From the NCBI RefSeq assembly GCF_004684055.1, contig NZ_SRIB01000010.1:72026-96025 (forward strand): a stretch of DNA of 24,000 nucleotides, written 5' to 3'. The translations under genes and the position numbers were made by a program. The DNA is from Soehngenia longivitae (lineage in GTDB: Bacteria; Bacillota; Clostridia; Tissierellales; Tissierellaceae). Below are positions 6,900 to 17,130 of this stretch, piece by piece (the stretch's first letter is position 1; each line of letters opens with the position of its first letter). The notes below the pieces were generated by a model. It did not search any database and was not told the origin of the DNA. It saw nothing but the letters and a program-made list of their open reading frames with translations.

Positions 6900-7344
6900 G
6901 AAATAAGTAATTCATGATATCTTTTCTAGATATTATACCCACTAATTCATGATTATCGTTTAAAACCGGAATCCTTTTTATCTTCTTTTCAACCATCAAT
7001 GTTGCTGCTTCTTCAACTGTTGCATTTTCATTTATTGTTATGACCTCATCTGTCATTACATCTTGCACGAAAATTCCTAAGTCTTTCTTCAACTCTTCAA
7101 AAAATTTTTTAGGTGTATCTAAGTAAATTAATCCACCTAAAATTTCTATTGCCTTAGGCCCTTTGATATTGGTACCCCTTCGGATTAAATCTCCTTCAGT
7201 TACAATTCCCTTTAAATTTCCCTCATCATCTACAACTGGTGCTCCGCTTAGATTTTTATCTGTGAATAGCTTAGCACATGCTTCCACAGTATCATCTAAT
7301 TTGACAGTATATACATTTGTTGTCATTATGTCTTTTACTAGCAT
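6883..7344 (-). CDS. CBS domain pair protein
   Basis: Two CBS repeats ('VKDIMTTNVYTV...GAPVVDDEGNLKGIVTEGDL', 'VQDVMTDEVITI...RIPVLNDNHELVGIISRKDI'). Start moved to ATG 7344 (MLVKDIM), which has SD AGGAGGG 5 nt upstream. This also removes the overlap with the upstream gene. Confidence 0.88.
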   Translation of the reverse strand: MLVKDIMTTNVYTVKLDDTVEACAKLFTDKNLSGAPVVDDEGNLKGIVTEGDLIRRGTNIKGPKAIEILGGLIYLDTPKKFFEELKKDLGIFVQDVMTDEVITINENATVEEAATLMVEKKIKRIPVLNDNHELVGIISRKDIMNYLFPKGSE

Positions 7345-7360
7345 AATATCCCTCCTTGTG

Positions 7361-7915
7361 TTAGATAATTTCAACACCTAATTCTCTAAGCTCTTCTATA
7401 TTTTTAATATGATCTTTCTCATCTACATATCCTAAGCCATTCAATAATAATTTAACTTTTCTCTCGCTTTTTAATAAATCAAGTACTGTCTCTCTAACAC
7501 AAAATTCACTAGCAATCCCGCAGACTATAACTTCATTTGATAAAGTCTTATTTAATATTATCCCATTGATGTTCTTCGCATTAAATGCTGAGTACTCCTC
7601 GATATCATCGTTTATACCTTTGTAAAACATATTTTTTTCATTTGGTCTGTCTTTTATATCTTGGACTTTTTCATAAAACACGTCATCTAGTTTTGATCCT
7701 TTTTCATCTTTCACACAATGAACAGGCCAGATTCCTCCATTAATTTTAAAACTCTTATTACTCTGATTGTGCCAATCCAATGAATAATAAACATTTAAGT
7801 CATGTGAATTTATAAAATCTACTATATTCTTCACTGCCTCTTTTGCATGTATACAAGCTAAACTTCCTTCTATAAAATCGTACTGACAATCGATCACTAG
7901 TAAATCTTCCTTCAT
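7361..7915 (-). CDS. Isochorismatase-family cysteine hydrolase (nicotinamidase/pyrazinamidase-like)
   Basis: 'LLVIDCQYDF', 'WPVHCV', and 'VCGIASEFCVRETVLD' are typical of PncA-like proteins. Start moved to ATG 7915 (MKEDLL), which has SD AGAGGTGG 5 nt upstream. Confidence 0.8.
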   Translation of the reverse strand: MKEDLLVIDCQYDFIEGSLACIHAKEAVKNIVDFINSHDLNVYYSLDWHNQSNKSFKINGGIWPVHCVKDEKGSKLDDVFYEKVQDIKDRPNEKNMFYKGINDDIEEYSAFNAKNINGIILNKTLSNEVIVCGIASEFCVRETVLDLLKSERKVKLLLNGLGYVDEKDHIKNIEELRELGVEII

Positions 7916-7926
7916 TAAATCCACCT

Positions 7927-8412
7927 CTAATAAGTTTCTCTCTTGCCAAATTCAGCTGACTCAACCCATTCTTCCGATTTTCTCAATAACTCAACTATAT
8001 TGTTAAATATTCTATAATGATTTTCTTCCTGTTTAATCAAAAAATCAACCAGTGCTTTTTCTTCTTCATCACTAGCTTCTTCTTTCATCTTTTGATAGAG
8101 TTCTATACTTTCTTTTTCTTTTTGAAGAGCCAATCTATAAACATCAATTTGTTTCGGTTCAACTGCTGTTTCTAATTTAAAATCCTTTTCATCTCTAAAA
8201 ATACTTTCAAATTCTATTTCAGAATCTGTTTCTGGAATAGTATAATCGAGTTTTTTAGATAAATTCTCTAAAAGTTCTCTATGCTTTCTCTCTTCATTTG
8301 CAAGTAATCTAAAAACTCTTTCGATTTCACTTCCACTATTTTTATCAGCTTGCTCAAGGTAAAATGTCTCCCCTTCAGTTTCTAGTTTAATTGCCATATC
8401 TAAATAATTCAT
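7927..8412 (-). CDS. Ferritin-like / rubrerythrin-family protein
   Basis: 161 aa. Two ExxH-type diiron-like motifs ('ANEERKHRE', 'KQEENHYR') lie in a four-helix-bundle-like sequence. SD AGGAGG lies 7 nt before the ATG. Confidence 0.7.
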   Translation of the reverse strand: MNYLDMAIKLETEGETFYLEQADKNSGSEIERVFRLLANEERKHRELLENLSKKLDYTIPETDSEIEFESIFRDEKDFKLETAVEPKQIDVYRLALQKEKESIELYQKMKEEASDEEEKALVDFLIKQEENHYRIFNNIVELLRKSEEWVESAEFGKRETY

Positions 8413-8555
8413 AATAAAACCTCCTAAAGTTTATATCATTTATATAAATTTTTATACCCAATATTTTTTTTAATAACCCTAGAAGCTAACACTATTTTAG
8501 TTAATCAATTTATGTGATATATTATTGTTATCATTAAAAATAAGAGGTGCTAAGT

Positions 8556-9401
8556 ATGAAATTTAATTTAAAGAGATTTGTATATATAAATATAGGATTG
8601 TTAATAATGACTGTTGGCCTTTATTTTTTCCTTATGCCTTCAAATCTTGCAGTTGGTGGGGCGACAGGTTTAGCAATGATACTTAACTACTTAATCCCAT
8701 CCATACCAATGGGTATTATATTAGCAGCTCTAAACGTCATATTATTTATCGTTGCATTTGTAGCCATAGGAAAAGATTTCGGTGGATATACTATATATTC
8801 TTCATTTGCTTTCTCAGCGATGATCGCTATCTTTGAATATATCATACCCATGAAAGCCCCTTTTACAGATGATTTGTTCATAAATTTAATCTTCGGAATA
8901 CTGATTTCTGGTGTCGGAATGGGAATTGTATTCAATGAAGACGCCTCTACTGGGGGCACGGATATCATTGCTAAAATTATAAATAAATACACTGGCGTTG
9001 CCATGGGTAAATCACTTTTGATATCAGATTTCTTGATAGTTATATTTGCAAGTTTTGTATATGGCGCAAGATTGGGAATGTATGCGCTACTAGGTATAGT
9101 AATCAACTCATTTGTTATAGATAAAATAATATCTGGTTTCAATGTGAAGATGAATATGATGATCATCTCTAAAGAACTTGATAGTATTAATGACTTCATA
9201 CTAAATGAAATAGGCAGAGGCACAACAATTTATATTGCAATGGGTGGATATTCAAAAGAAGAAAAGAGAATAATAAACACGATAGTTTCAAGAGATGAAT
9301 ATGTTAGGATAAGAGATTATATTAGAAGTGTAGATAATAAGGCATTTATCTCGGTTTCGCATATCACAGAAGTTGAAGGCGAGGGCTTTACATATGATTA
9401 G
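8556..9401 (+). CDS. YitT family membrane protein (DUF2179-containing)
   Basis: Multi-TM N-terminus with 'VGGATGLAMIL' and 'STGGTDIIAKI' repeats and a C-terminal soluble domain. ATG 8556 is preferred (SD AAGAGGTG 7 nt upstream) over the track GTG at 8547. Confidence 0.88.
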   Translation: MKFNLKRFVYINIGLLIMTVGLYFFLMPSNLAVGGATGLAMILNYLIPSIPMGIILAALNVILFIVAFVAIGKDFGGYTIYSSFAFSAMIAIFEYIIPMKAPFTDDLFINLIFGILISGVGMGIVFNEDASTGGTDIIAKIINKYTGVAMGKSLLISDFLIVIFASFVYGARLGMYALLGIVINSFVIDKIISGFNVKMNMMIISKELDSINDFILNEIGRGTTIYIAMGGYSKEEKRIINTIVSRDEYVRIRDYIRSVDNKAFISVSHITEVEGEGFTYD

Positions 9402-9410
9402 AGGTGAATT

Positions 9411-10148
9411 ATGAGAAATATAAAGATGGTTTTAGAATATGATGGAAGTAAATATCAAGGTTGGCAAAGATTAGGAAATACCGAAAACACCATTCAAGAA
9501 AAAATCGAAAAAACTATAAAAATGATAATAAATGAAGATGTAAATTTAATTGGTTCAGGCAGAACAGATGCTGGAGTCCATGCCAAGGGTCAAGTAGCTA
9601 ATTTCAAAACAAACAGCGAAATTGAACTAAATGATCTTTTATATTACATGAATATTTATTTGCCTAAAGATATAATTGTAAAAGATATGAGGGAAGTGTC
9701 AGAAAGATTTCACGCTAGATACAACGTAAAGAAAAAGTATTATATCTATTATATTTATAATCATTCTTATCAATCTCCTTTTTACAGGAAATACAGCTAT
9801 CATGTGCCAGAGAAATTAAATGTAGAGAATATGAATAAAGCTAGTAAAATACTAATTGGTACTCATGACTTCAGAGCTTTTACTTCTTCTAAGAGCAAGA
9901 AAAAATCCACCATTAAAAGTATTGAGTCAATAATAATAAATAAAAATGATCCCATAATATCAATACAATACGCAGCAGATGGTTTTCTATATAATATGGT
10001 CAGAATATTAACCGGAACCCTTATCGAAATCGGGAATGGCACTAGAGAAATAAATGACATCTATTCTCTTCTTGACTCAAAAAACAGAGCCGAAGCTGGT
10101 TTTAAAGCTCCGGCACATGGTTTGTTCCTAGAAAAAGTCATATACTAA
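9411..10148 (+). CDS. truA: tRNA pseudouridine(38-40) synthase
   Basis: 'LEYDGSKYQGWQ', catalytic 'GSGRTDAGVHAKGQVANF', and 'GTHDFRAF'. SD GAGGTG upstream. Confidence 0.93.
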   Translation: MRNIKMVLEYDGSKYQGWQRLGNTENTIQEKIEKTIKMIINEDVNLIGSGRTDAGVHAKGQVANFKTNSEIELNDLLYYMNIYLPKDIIVKDMREVSERFHARYNVKKKYYIYYIYNHSYQSPFYRKYSYHVPEKLNVENMNKASKILIGTHDFRAFTSSKSKKKSTIKSIESIIINKNDPIISIQYAADGFLYNMVRILTGTLIEIGNGTREINDIYSLLDSKNRAEAGFKAPAHGLFLEKVIY

Positions 10149-10149
10149 T

Positions 10150-11220
10150 TTATTCCATAGTAACAGTATCGTTTTTTAACTTTTTTCTATATTCAATGAT
10201 GTAATTTCCTATTGTTATAAGGATTGCCATAAGAGGCACTCCTCCTATCATTCCTACTATCCCAAAGGCTGATCCAAAAAATAAAACTGAAAACATTACA
10301 AGTAGAGGGTGAAGCCCAACAGAGTGAGACATTATCTGAGGTGATATCAAATCACCTTCTCCTTGTTGAATCACTATAATTGCTATTACCATCCACAAAG
10401 CTCTTACAGGACTTATCATGAGCGCTAGTATGACTGGCAATATTCCTCCAATCCAAGGTCCAAAGTAAGGGATGATGTTCGTTATACCCGCTTGTATCCC
10501 TATTGTAATTGCATATGGCACTCTAAGTATTGCAGCTGCAATACCCGTCAATACTCCAATTATAAGAGCTATGATAAGTTGCCCTCTAATAAACCCACTT
10601 AATATCCTATTTATATCATTCCCAAGCTTATAAAAAGTTGGTTTTATCTTCTTAGGTATTAGATTTGTAGCTATGCTCAGTATCTTATCTTTCTCCTTCA
10701 AATAATAAAAAGTAATTATCGGTGTCATTAGTAAATCCAATAAAGTTGCAGTAGATGCTACTAAAAATGAAACGATGTTTTCTAAACTGGATCTGATGTA
10801 TTCTGATATGCTGTTTAATTGCTCGTCTAAGTTAATATACTCTTCTAGTTTTTCTACAATATCCCCAAAATTGCCCGACCTCAAATCATTAAACCAATCT
10901 TGAAGAAATTTTACAATGTTCGGTATATCCTTAATAAAATTTGTTAAATCATTTACAGCGTTAGGAATAATCAAAGCAAAAAACAGAGATAAAAATATCA
11001 GTATTATAGCAAAAACGATTAAAACTGCCCATCTTCTTTTTATCCTTTTCCTCTCGAAAAAATTTACCAGTGGATTTAATATATAAGCTAAAATTAGCGC
11101 ATATACAAAAGGACTAATAACTCTAGAAAAATTATTCCAAAATCCTATAACCAATATCAATGAAATTATAATCAACACTATATCCAATATCCATATTTTT
11201 TTTATCTTTATGGCTCTCAT
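10150..11220 (-). CDS. AI-2E family transporter (PerM/UPF0118-like)
   Basis: 356 aa polytopic membrane protein. 'GFIRGQLIIALIIGVL', 'IPYFGPWIGG', and 'GDLISPQIMSHSVGLHPL' are typical of the family. Confidence 0.85.
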   Translation of the reverse strand: MRAIKIKKIWILDIVLIIISLILVIGFWNNFSRVISPFVYALILAYILNPLVNFFERKRIKRRWAVLIVFAIILIFLSLFFALIIPNAVNDLTNFIKDIPNIVKFLQDWFNDLRSGNFGDIVEKLEEYINLDEQLNSISEYIRSSLENIVSFLVASTATLLDLLMTPIITFYYLKEKDKILSIATNLIPKKIKPTFYKLGNDINRILSGFIRGQLIIALIIGVLTGIAAAILRVPYAITIGIQAGITNIIPYFGPWIGGILPVILALMISPVRALWMVIAIIVIQQGEGDLISPQIMSHSVGLHPLLVMFSVLFFGSAFGIVGMIGGVPLMAILITIGNYIIEYRKKLKNDTVTME

Positions 11221-11305
11221 CTAAATTTCATCTCCTTTCTGAAAACCTTCTAATTTAGATAATAGTAGTTTATCACTATATCTAACATATTTCAATCAAT
11301 TATGC

Positions 11306-11334
11306 TTGTAGAATAAATGTAAAAATGCTAATAT
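11306..11334 (+). promoter_or_regulatory. Sigma-A-type promoter for mnmA
   Basis: TTGTAG (11306..11311), a 17-nt spacer, then TAATAT (11329..11334), with TGC immediately upstream of the -10 (extended -10-like). Confidence 0.5.
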
Positions 11335-11350
11335 AAATAAATAGTAGATT

Positions 11351-11374
11351 TATCACTTCATTAATGAAGTGATA
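11351..11374. promoter_or_regulatory. 24-bp perfect palindrome in the mnmA leader (operator or RNA hairpin)
   Basis: TATCACTTCATT/AATGAAGTGATA is perfectly self-complementary. It lies between the predicted -10 and the SD (AGAGGGA at about 11387) and is followed by TTTAATTT. Confidence 0.5.
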
Positions 11375-11397
11375 TTTAATTTAAAAGAGGGATGTAA

Positions 11398-12496
<1,099 letters not shown>

Positions 12497-12498
<2 letters not shown>

Positions 12499-12529
12499 AA
12501 TGCTGTATGGAATATTCATACAGCATTTT
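12497..12529. terminator. Bidirectional intrinsic terminator between convergent mnmA and 12531..12995
   Basis: AAAATGCTGTATG (12497..12509), 7-nt loop, CATACAGCATTTT (12517..12529). The flanking A and T runs allow it to function on either strand. Confidence 0.8.
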
Positions 12530-12530
12530 G

Positions 12531-12995
12531 CTATTCTACAACCACTTTTCCATCTTCAATTAATTTATCTGCAACCCATTCTGCAACTCTTCCAGTTATT
12601 TCAACACAGTGCTTCTTCCTTTCAGGGCTTTGGAAATTGTCCCCAGCCCATTTCCTTGTCATAACTCTACAGCAAGTTGAGCCGTATTCATCTTTTATAA
12701 AATCATGCAAGTCAGCTGAAATTGGAAACATGGAATCATCCATTTTTTCACCATAATTTCTGCCATAAACCATTCCCAAAGCCATAATTCCACCACTTAC
12801 CGCTCCACATAGACAACCCGATTTACCAATCCCTATCGGAAATCCTGATGCCATTTTTACTACATTATCTTCATATGGTTTCCCAAGCAAATTATTAATT
12901 GTTCTTACAACTGCTTCAGAACAGAAAAATTCTCCTCTTTCAAAATACCCTTCAGCCTCATTTTTAACTTGATTAACTAATTCTTCTCTGGTCAT
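12531..12995 (-). CDS. C_GCAxxG_C_C family (putative redox-active) protein
   Basis: 154 aa. 'FCSEAVV', 'GCLCGAVSGGIMALG', 'STCCRVM', and 'KHCVE' give the characteristic Cys pattern. SD AGAGGTG upstream. Confidence 0.78.
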   Translation of the reverse strand: MTREELVNQVKNEAEGYFERGEFFCSEAVVRTINNLLGKPYEDNVVKMASGFPIGIGKSGCLCGAVSGGIMALGMVYGRNYGEKMDDSMFPISADLHDFIKDEYGSTCCRVMTRKWAGDNFQSPERKKHCVEITGRVAEWVADKLIEDGKVVVE

Positions 12996-13005
12996 ATTAT
13001 CACCT

Positions 13006-13929
13006 CTAATTAGATTTTACATTGAAACTTAAAAACGAAATGTATCTTATTAAAACATATACTACCAATAAAACCGCAATTATCTCTTCAATCAATGCAA
13101 CTGAAGATAAAAACTTTAATGATTCATTTACTCCTTTTAAGTAGTTGGCCGCTCCCTTTAAACCAATAGCTGTAATGACGGTTGGAAAAGTGAAAGCCGA
13201 GTACGATGGATAAAACTTTAAACTCAAAAGCTTTGGCAGCTGAGTCAACACATAGATATAAAGAATTTGTGAAATAATTAAAAGTGCAAGTACTGCTACA
13301 TAGCTTTTGTTTTCAAATGCATTCATATATCCTGCAAGCAACAGCCCTGCAGGTGCAGTCATTATTGTTATCGTAGGTAAAGCTGGTTCAGGTATACCCT
13401 TTACAACAAAGACTCTTTTAATTACAACTGGCAAGATCACTATAAAGCTAATAAGTCCAAAATAGAACAACCATCTTCCAACTTCTTCATATCCGAAAGC
13501 TTTAGAAGAAACTGATCCTGCTACAATTCCTACATATACGATAAACCATGAAGGAAATACTTTTTTAATATCAAATTTTGATATGAACTTCATTGAAAAC
13601 CAGACAATCAATATGATATGAAAAATTAATCCAATGACCCATATAGCTCTAGCAAGTAAATCTGAATAAGGTATTAAATATGTACTTAAAATCATTATCG
13701 ACATGCTAAATGCTGGAAAAGTACTAGCTATTACGGGGTTTTCTAAATCTTTTTTTGTCTGTTCAAATGAAGTAAATATCTTGATAATTAAAAGCACTGC
13801 AAATATAGCACTTATAGCCCCAAATATGTTGCGATAAACTTCTCCATGGCTTTGTACTAAGTTTCCACATGCAGCAAGTCCGAGTATAAGCCCTGAAATT
13901 GGCAATGGAATTTTCTTTATTCTCTCCAT
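13006..13929 (-). CDS. TDT (TehA / tellurite-resistance / dicarboxylate, SLAC1-like) family transporter
   Basis: About 10-TM protein starting 'MERIKKIPLPISGLILGLAACGNL'. ATG 13929 is preferred (SD GGAGGTG 4 nt upstream) over the track start at 13953. Confidence 0.78.
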   Translation of the reverse strand: MERIKKIPLPISGLILGLAACGNLVQSHGEVYRNIFGAISAIFAVLLIIKIFTSFEQTKKDLENPVIASTFPAFSMSIMILSTYLIPYSDLLARAIWVIGLIFHIILIVWFSMKFISKFDIKKVFPSWFIVYVGIVAGSVSSKAFGYEEVGRWLFYFGLISFIVILPVVIKRVFVVKGIPEPALPTITIMTAPAGLLLAGYMNAFENKSYVAVLALLIISQILYIYVLTQLPKLLSLKFYPSYSAFTFPTVITAIGLKGAANYLKGVNESLKFLSSVALIEEIIAVLLVVYVLIRYISFLSFNVKSN

Positions 13930-14100
13930 AAAACACCTCCTTATCTTAGTCATAATCTAGTTTAACACAAAAATATATAATAGCTCATTGAATTTTTTTA
14001 TGTATTTCTTTGTTCTAATAAAATTTTCTATAGTAGTATTTAGTTAATTGCATAAATCCTTCGCAAACGCAACACTATCATGGTGTAATTGAAGAAAATG

Positions 14101-14109
14101 TGCTATAAT
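14101..14109 (+). promoter_or_regulatory. Possible extended -10 element for the HTH-hsdMSR operon
   Basis: TGCTATAAT (TGn + TATAAT) lies about 30 nt upstream of ATG 14138. The -35 at 17-bp spacing (TGGTGT) is poor. Confidence 0.3.
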
Positions 14110-14137
14110 GGAAAAAATATATAAAGAGGTGACCAAG

Positions 14138-14359
14138 ATGACCGTTAGCTATAAAAAGCTTTGGAAATTGTTGATAGACCGCGACATGAAGAAGAAAGAT
14201 TTACAAGCTGCTGCAGGAATAAGTCCATCGTCAATTTCAAAGCTTTCTAAAAATGAATATGTCAGCATGGACGTTCTTGTAAAAGTTTGTACGGCGCTTG
14301 GCGTTGATTTTAAAGATATCATGGAATTGGTGCCAAATACAGCTGAAGAAAGGAAGTAA
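14138..14359 (+). CDS. XRE/Cro-C1-type helix-turn-helix transcriptional regulator
   Basis: 73 aa. 'LLIDRDMKKKDLQAAAGISPSSISKLSKNEYVSMDVLVKVCTALG' is a classic HTH_XRE. ATG 14138 is preferred (SD AAGAGGTG) over the track start at 14108. It ends 3 nt before hsdM. Confidence 0.85.
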   Translation: MTVSYKKLWKLLIDRDMKKKDLQAAAGISPSSISKLSKNEYVSMDVLVKVCTALGVDFKDIMELVPNTAEERK

Positions 14360-14362
14360 ATT

Positions 14363-15931
14363 ATGGAAAACAACAGAAAAGAACAGGAACGAGCAGAATT
14401 ACACCGTACCATATGGAATATTGCAAATGATTTAAGAGGTAGCGTAGATGGATGGGATTTTAAACAATATGTTCTCGGTATGTTATTTTACCGCTACATA
14501 TCTGAAAATATCACTAGTTTCATTAATGCTGGCGAATGGGAAACTGGCAATACAGAATTTGATTATGCTAAGTTATCAGATGAGGAAGCAGAACAGGCAC
14601 GAGAAGATCTAGTCAACACGAAAGGTTTCTTCATTTTACCCAGTGAACTTTTTGAAAACGTCCGCAAGCGTGCAAAAGACGACGAAAACTTAAATGAGAC
14701 GTTGGAGCTGATTTTTAGCAATATTGAAGCATCTGCACAAGGAACAGAAAGTGAAGATAATTTCAAAGGCTTGTTTGACGATATTGACGTTAACAGCAAT
14801 AAGCTAGGCAACACTGTAGCAAAGCGCAATGAAAAGCTAGTTAAACTACTTAATTCTATTGGAGAAATGAAATTAGGAGATTATAAAGACAATACCATAG
14901 ATGCATTTGGCGATGCCTATGAATTTTTAATGAGTATGTATGCCTCAAGTGCCGGAAAGAGCGGCGGAGAATATTATACACCACAGGAGGTTTCTGAACT
15001 CCTTACACGGTTAACAATAGTAGGAAAAACTGAAGTCAACAAAGTATATGACCCAGCTTGTGGTTCGGGCTCTTTGTTGTTAAAGTTTGCAAAAGTCTTA
15101 GGAAAAAATAAAGTGCGTCAGGGTTTTTTCGGTCAAGAAATTAACATCACAACCTACAACCTGTGCCGAATAAATATGTTCTTACACGATATTGATTATG
15201 ATAAATTCGACATTGCCCTTGGTGATACGCTAACGGATCCTCAACATTGGGATGATGAGCCTTTTGAAGCTATTGTTTCAAATCCACCTTACTCTATTAA
15301 ATGGAAGGGCGACAGCGATCCTATTCTCATTAATGATCCTCGTTTTTCACCAGCAGGAGTATTGGCTCCAAAATCCAAGGCAGACCTTGCATTTATAATG
15401 CATAGCCTCTCTTGGCTTGCAACGAATGGTACAGCGGCTATTGTTTGTTTCCCCGGTGTAATGTACCGCGGTGGCGCTGAAAAGAAAATCAGACAATACT
15501 TAATTGACAACAACTACATCGACTGTATTATTCAGTTGCCAGATAATCTGTTTTTCGGCACTAGCATAGCTACCTGCATTATGGTACTCAAAAAGTCTAA
15601 ATCAGAAAACAGCACCTTATTTATCGATGCATCACAGGAATTTGTCAAGGTCACAAATAATAACAAGCTATCACAGGAAAATATCGAGACTATTCTTAAT
15701 GCATTTAAAGATAGAAAAGATATTGAGCATTTTGCTAAGCTTGTGCCAAACAATGAAATCGCTGAACATGAATATAATCTTTCAGTATCAAATTATGTTG
15801 AAAAAGAAGACATGCGTGAGAAAATAGACATTAAGAAGCTTAACGCTGAAATAGAAGAAATAGTAGCAAGGGAGCAGATTTTAAGAGATGAAATAGACAA
15901 GATCATCGCAGAAATTGAGGTGGAGAAATGA
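14363..15931 (+). CDS. hsdM: Type I restriction-modification system, DNA methyltransferase subunit M
   Basis: 522 aa. HsdM N-terminal domain ('[10 protein letters not shown]...[16 protein letters not shown]'), AdoMet motif '[13 protein letters not shown]', and catalytic 'VSNPPYS'. Confidence 0.95.
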   Translation: MENNRKEQERAELHRTIWNIANDLRGSVDGWDFKQYVLGMLFYRYISENITSFINAGEWETGNTEFDYAKLSDEEAEQAREDLVNTKGFFILPSELFENVRKRAKDDENLNETLELIFSNIEASAQGTESEDNFKGLFDDIDVNSNKLGNTVAKRNEKLVKLLNSIGEMKLGDYKDNTIDAFGDAYEFLMSMYASSAGKSGGEYYTPQEVSELLTRLTIVGKTEVNKVYDPACGSGSLLLKFAKVLGKNKVRQGFFGQEINITTYNLCRINMFLHDIDYDKFDIALGDTLTDPQHWDDEPFEAIVSNPPYSIKWKGDSDPILINDPRFSPAGVLAPKSKADLAFIMHSLSWLATNGTAAIVCFPGVMYRGGAEKKIRQYLIDNNYIDCIIQLPDNLFFGTSIATCIMVLKKSKSENSTLFIDASQEFVKVTNNNKLSQENIETILNAFKDRKDIEHFAKLVPNNEIAEHEYNLSVSNYVEKEDMREKIDIKKLNAEIEEIVAREQILRDEIDKIIAEIEVEK

Positions 15932-17130
15932 GTAGATTGGATGAGTTGATTGAGGAACTTTGCCCTGATGGGGTGGAGTATAAACCTTTATGGGAAGTAA
16001 CAATTTGGGATAAGAAGTTTAATGCAGTTGAACGGTATAAGCAAAAAAAGGTTTATACCTATCCATATATGCTCGCTAGTGATTTGTTTAAATTGGAAAG
16101 AAAAGAAGGAGATGTATATTTATTATCAACAGGTGAAAAAACTGGATGGACAACAGAAGATCTTGCAGGTGATAATCTATGCAAAGGTGAAGTTGTAGCT
16201 ATTCCATGGGGCGGTACACCAAACGTTAAATATTACAACGGTAAATTTGTTACAGCTGACAATAGGATTGCTACGTCAATTGACACAACAGTTCTTTGTA
16301 ATAAATTTCTTTATTACTGGATGCAAAATAACATTGATACTATTGCAAGCTTTTACAGAGGCTCAGGCATTAAGCATCCTAACATGAAAAATATCTTGGA
16401 TATGGAAATCCCCCTTCCCCCTCTGCCTGTACAGCAGGAAATTGTCCGCATACTGGACAATTTTACAGAGCTTATAACAGAAATTGAATCTGAAATTAAG
16501 CTAAGGAAAAAACAGTATGATTATTATAGAGATTCGTTGCTAAGTAGAGAAGAACTAAATAAACTATGCCCAGATGGGGTGGAATATAAAAAGATAAAAC
16601 AGGTCTACAAAAGGCTCAAGGGTACTCCTATTACTGCTGGAAAAATGAAAGAAATTGATAATCCTTATGGTGAAATCAGAATCTTTGCAGGTGGAAAAAC
16701 TGTAATTAATGCAATGGAAAAGGATATTCCAAACGTAAATATTACAAGAGTTCCAGCAGTCTTGGTACAATCCAGAGGTGTAATTGATGCTGTTTATTAT
16801 GATAAGCCTTTTACATTTAAAAATGAAATGTGGGCATATACAGACGATAATACAATAGCTGTGAAATATTTATATTATGTGCTAAAAAACAACCTCTCAC
16901 ATTTTAGAAAAACTGCATCGAGTATGGGTTCATTGCCACAGATTTCTCTTCCTGATACAGAAGAATTTGTTATCCCTCTCCCCCCTCTGCCTGTACAGCA
17001 GGAAATTGTGCGTATATTAGACAATTTTACAGAACTTATAGAGGAACTTACAGCCGAACTAGAAGCTCGCCAAAAGCAATATGAATATTACAGAGATAAA
17101 CTTTTGTCTTTTAAGGAGGTGTCGTCATGA
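15928..17130 (+). CDS. hsdS: Type I restriction-modification system, specificity subunit S
   Basis: 400 aa with two target-recognition halves, each opening with 'LCPDGVEYK' and closing with '[22 protein letters not shown]...YYRD.LLS'. ATGA start/stop overlap with hsdM. Confidence 0.93.
   Translation: MSRLDELIEELCPDGVEYKPLWEVTIWDKKFNAVERYKQKKVYTYPYMLASDLFKLERKEGDVYLLSTGEKTGWTTEDLAGDNLCKGEVVAIPWGGTPNVKYYNGKFVTADNRIATSIDTTVLCNKFLYYWMQNNIDTIASFYRGSGIKHPNMKNILDMEIPLPPLPVQQEIVRILDNFTELITEIESEIKLRKKQYDYYRDSLLSREELNKLCPDGVEYKKIKQVYKRLKGTPITAGKMKEIDNPYGEIRIFAGGKTVINAMEKDIPNVNITRVPAVLVQSRGVIDAVYYDKPFTFKNEMWAYTDDNTIAVKYLYYVLKNNLSHFRKTASSMGSLPQISLPDTEEFVIPLPPLPVQQEIVRILDNFTELIEELTAELEARQKQYEYYRDKLLSFKEVSS
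16408..17040 (+). repeat. Internal direct repeats of hsdS (central and distal conserved regions)
   Basis: The 69-bp copies at 16408..16476 and 16972..17040 are 62/69 identical by my count, including the 29-bp identical run CCCCTCTGCCTGTACAGCAGGAAATTGT. A second pair lies at 15961..15984 and 16567..16590. Confidence 0.85.

Noticed and set aside
8687-9223. 178-aa minus-strand ORF
   Set aside because: It is antisense to the YitT-family gene, which has clear family motifs and an SD. It has no SD and an Ile/Ser/Pro-rich composition.
15928-17130. Phase-variable hsdS shufflon
   Set aside because: Only one hsdS gene is present. There are no silent or inverted hsdS' cassettes, no adjacent tyrosine recombinase, and the repeats are direct and are the normal conserved regions of a single S subunit.
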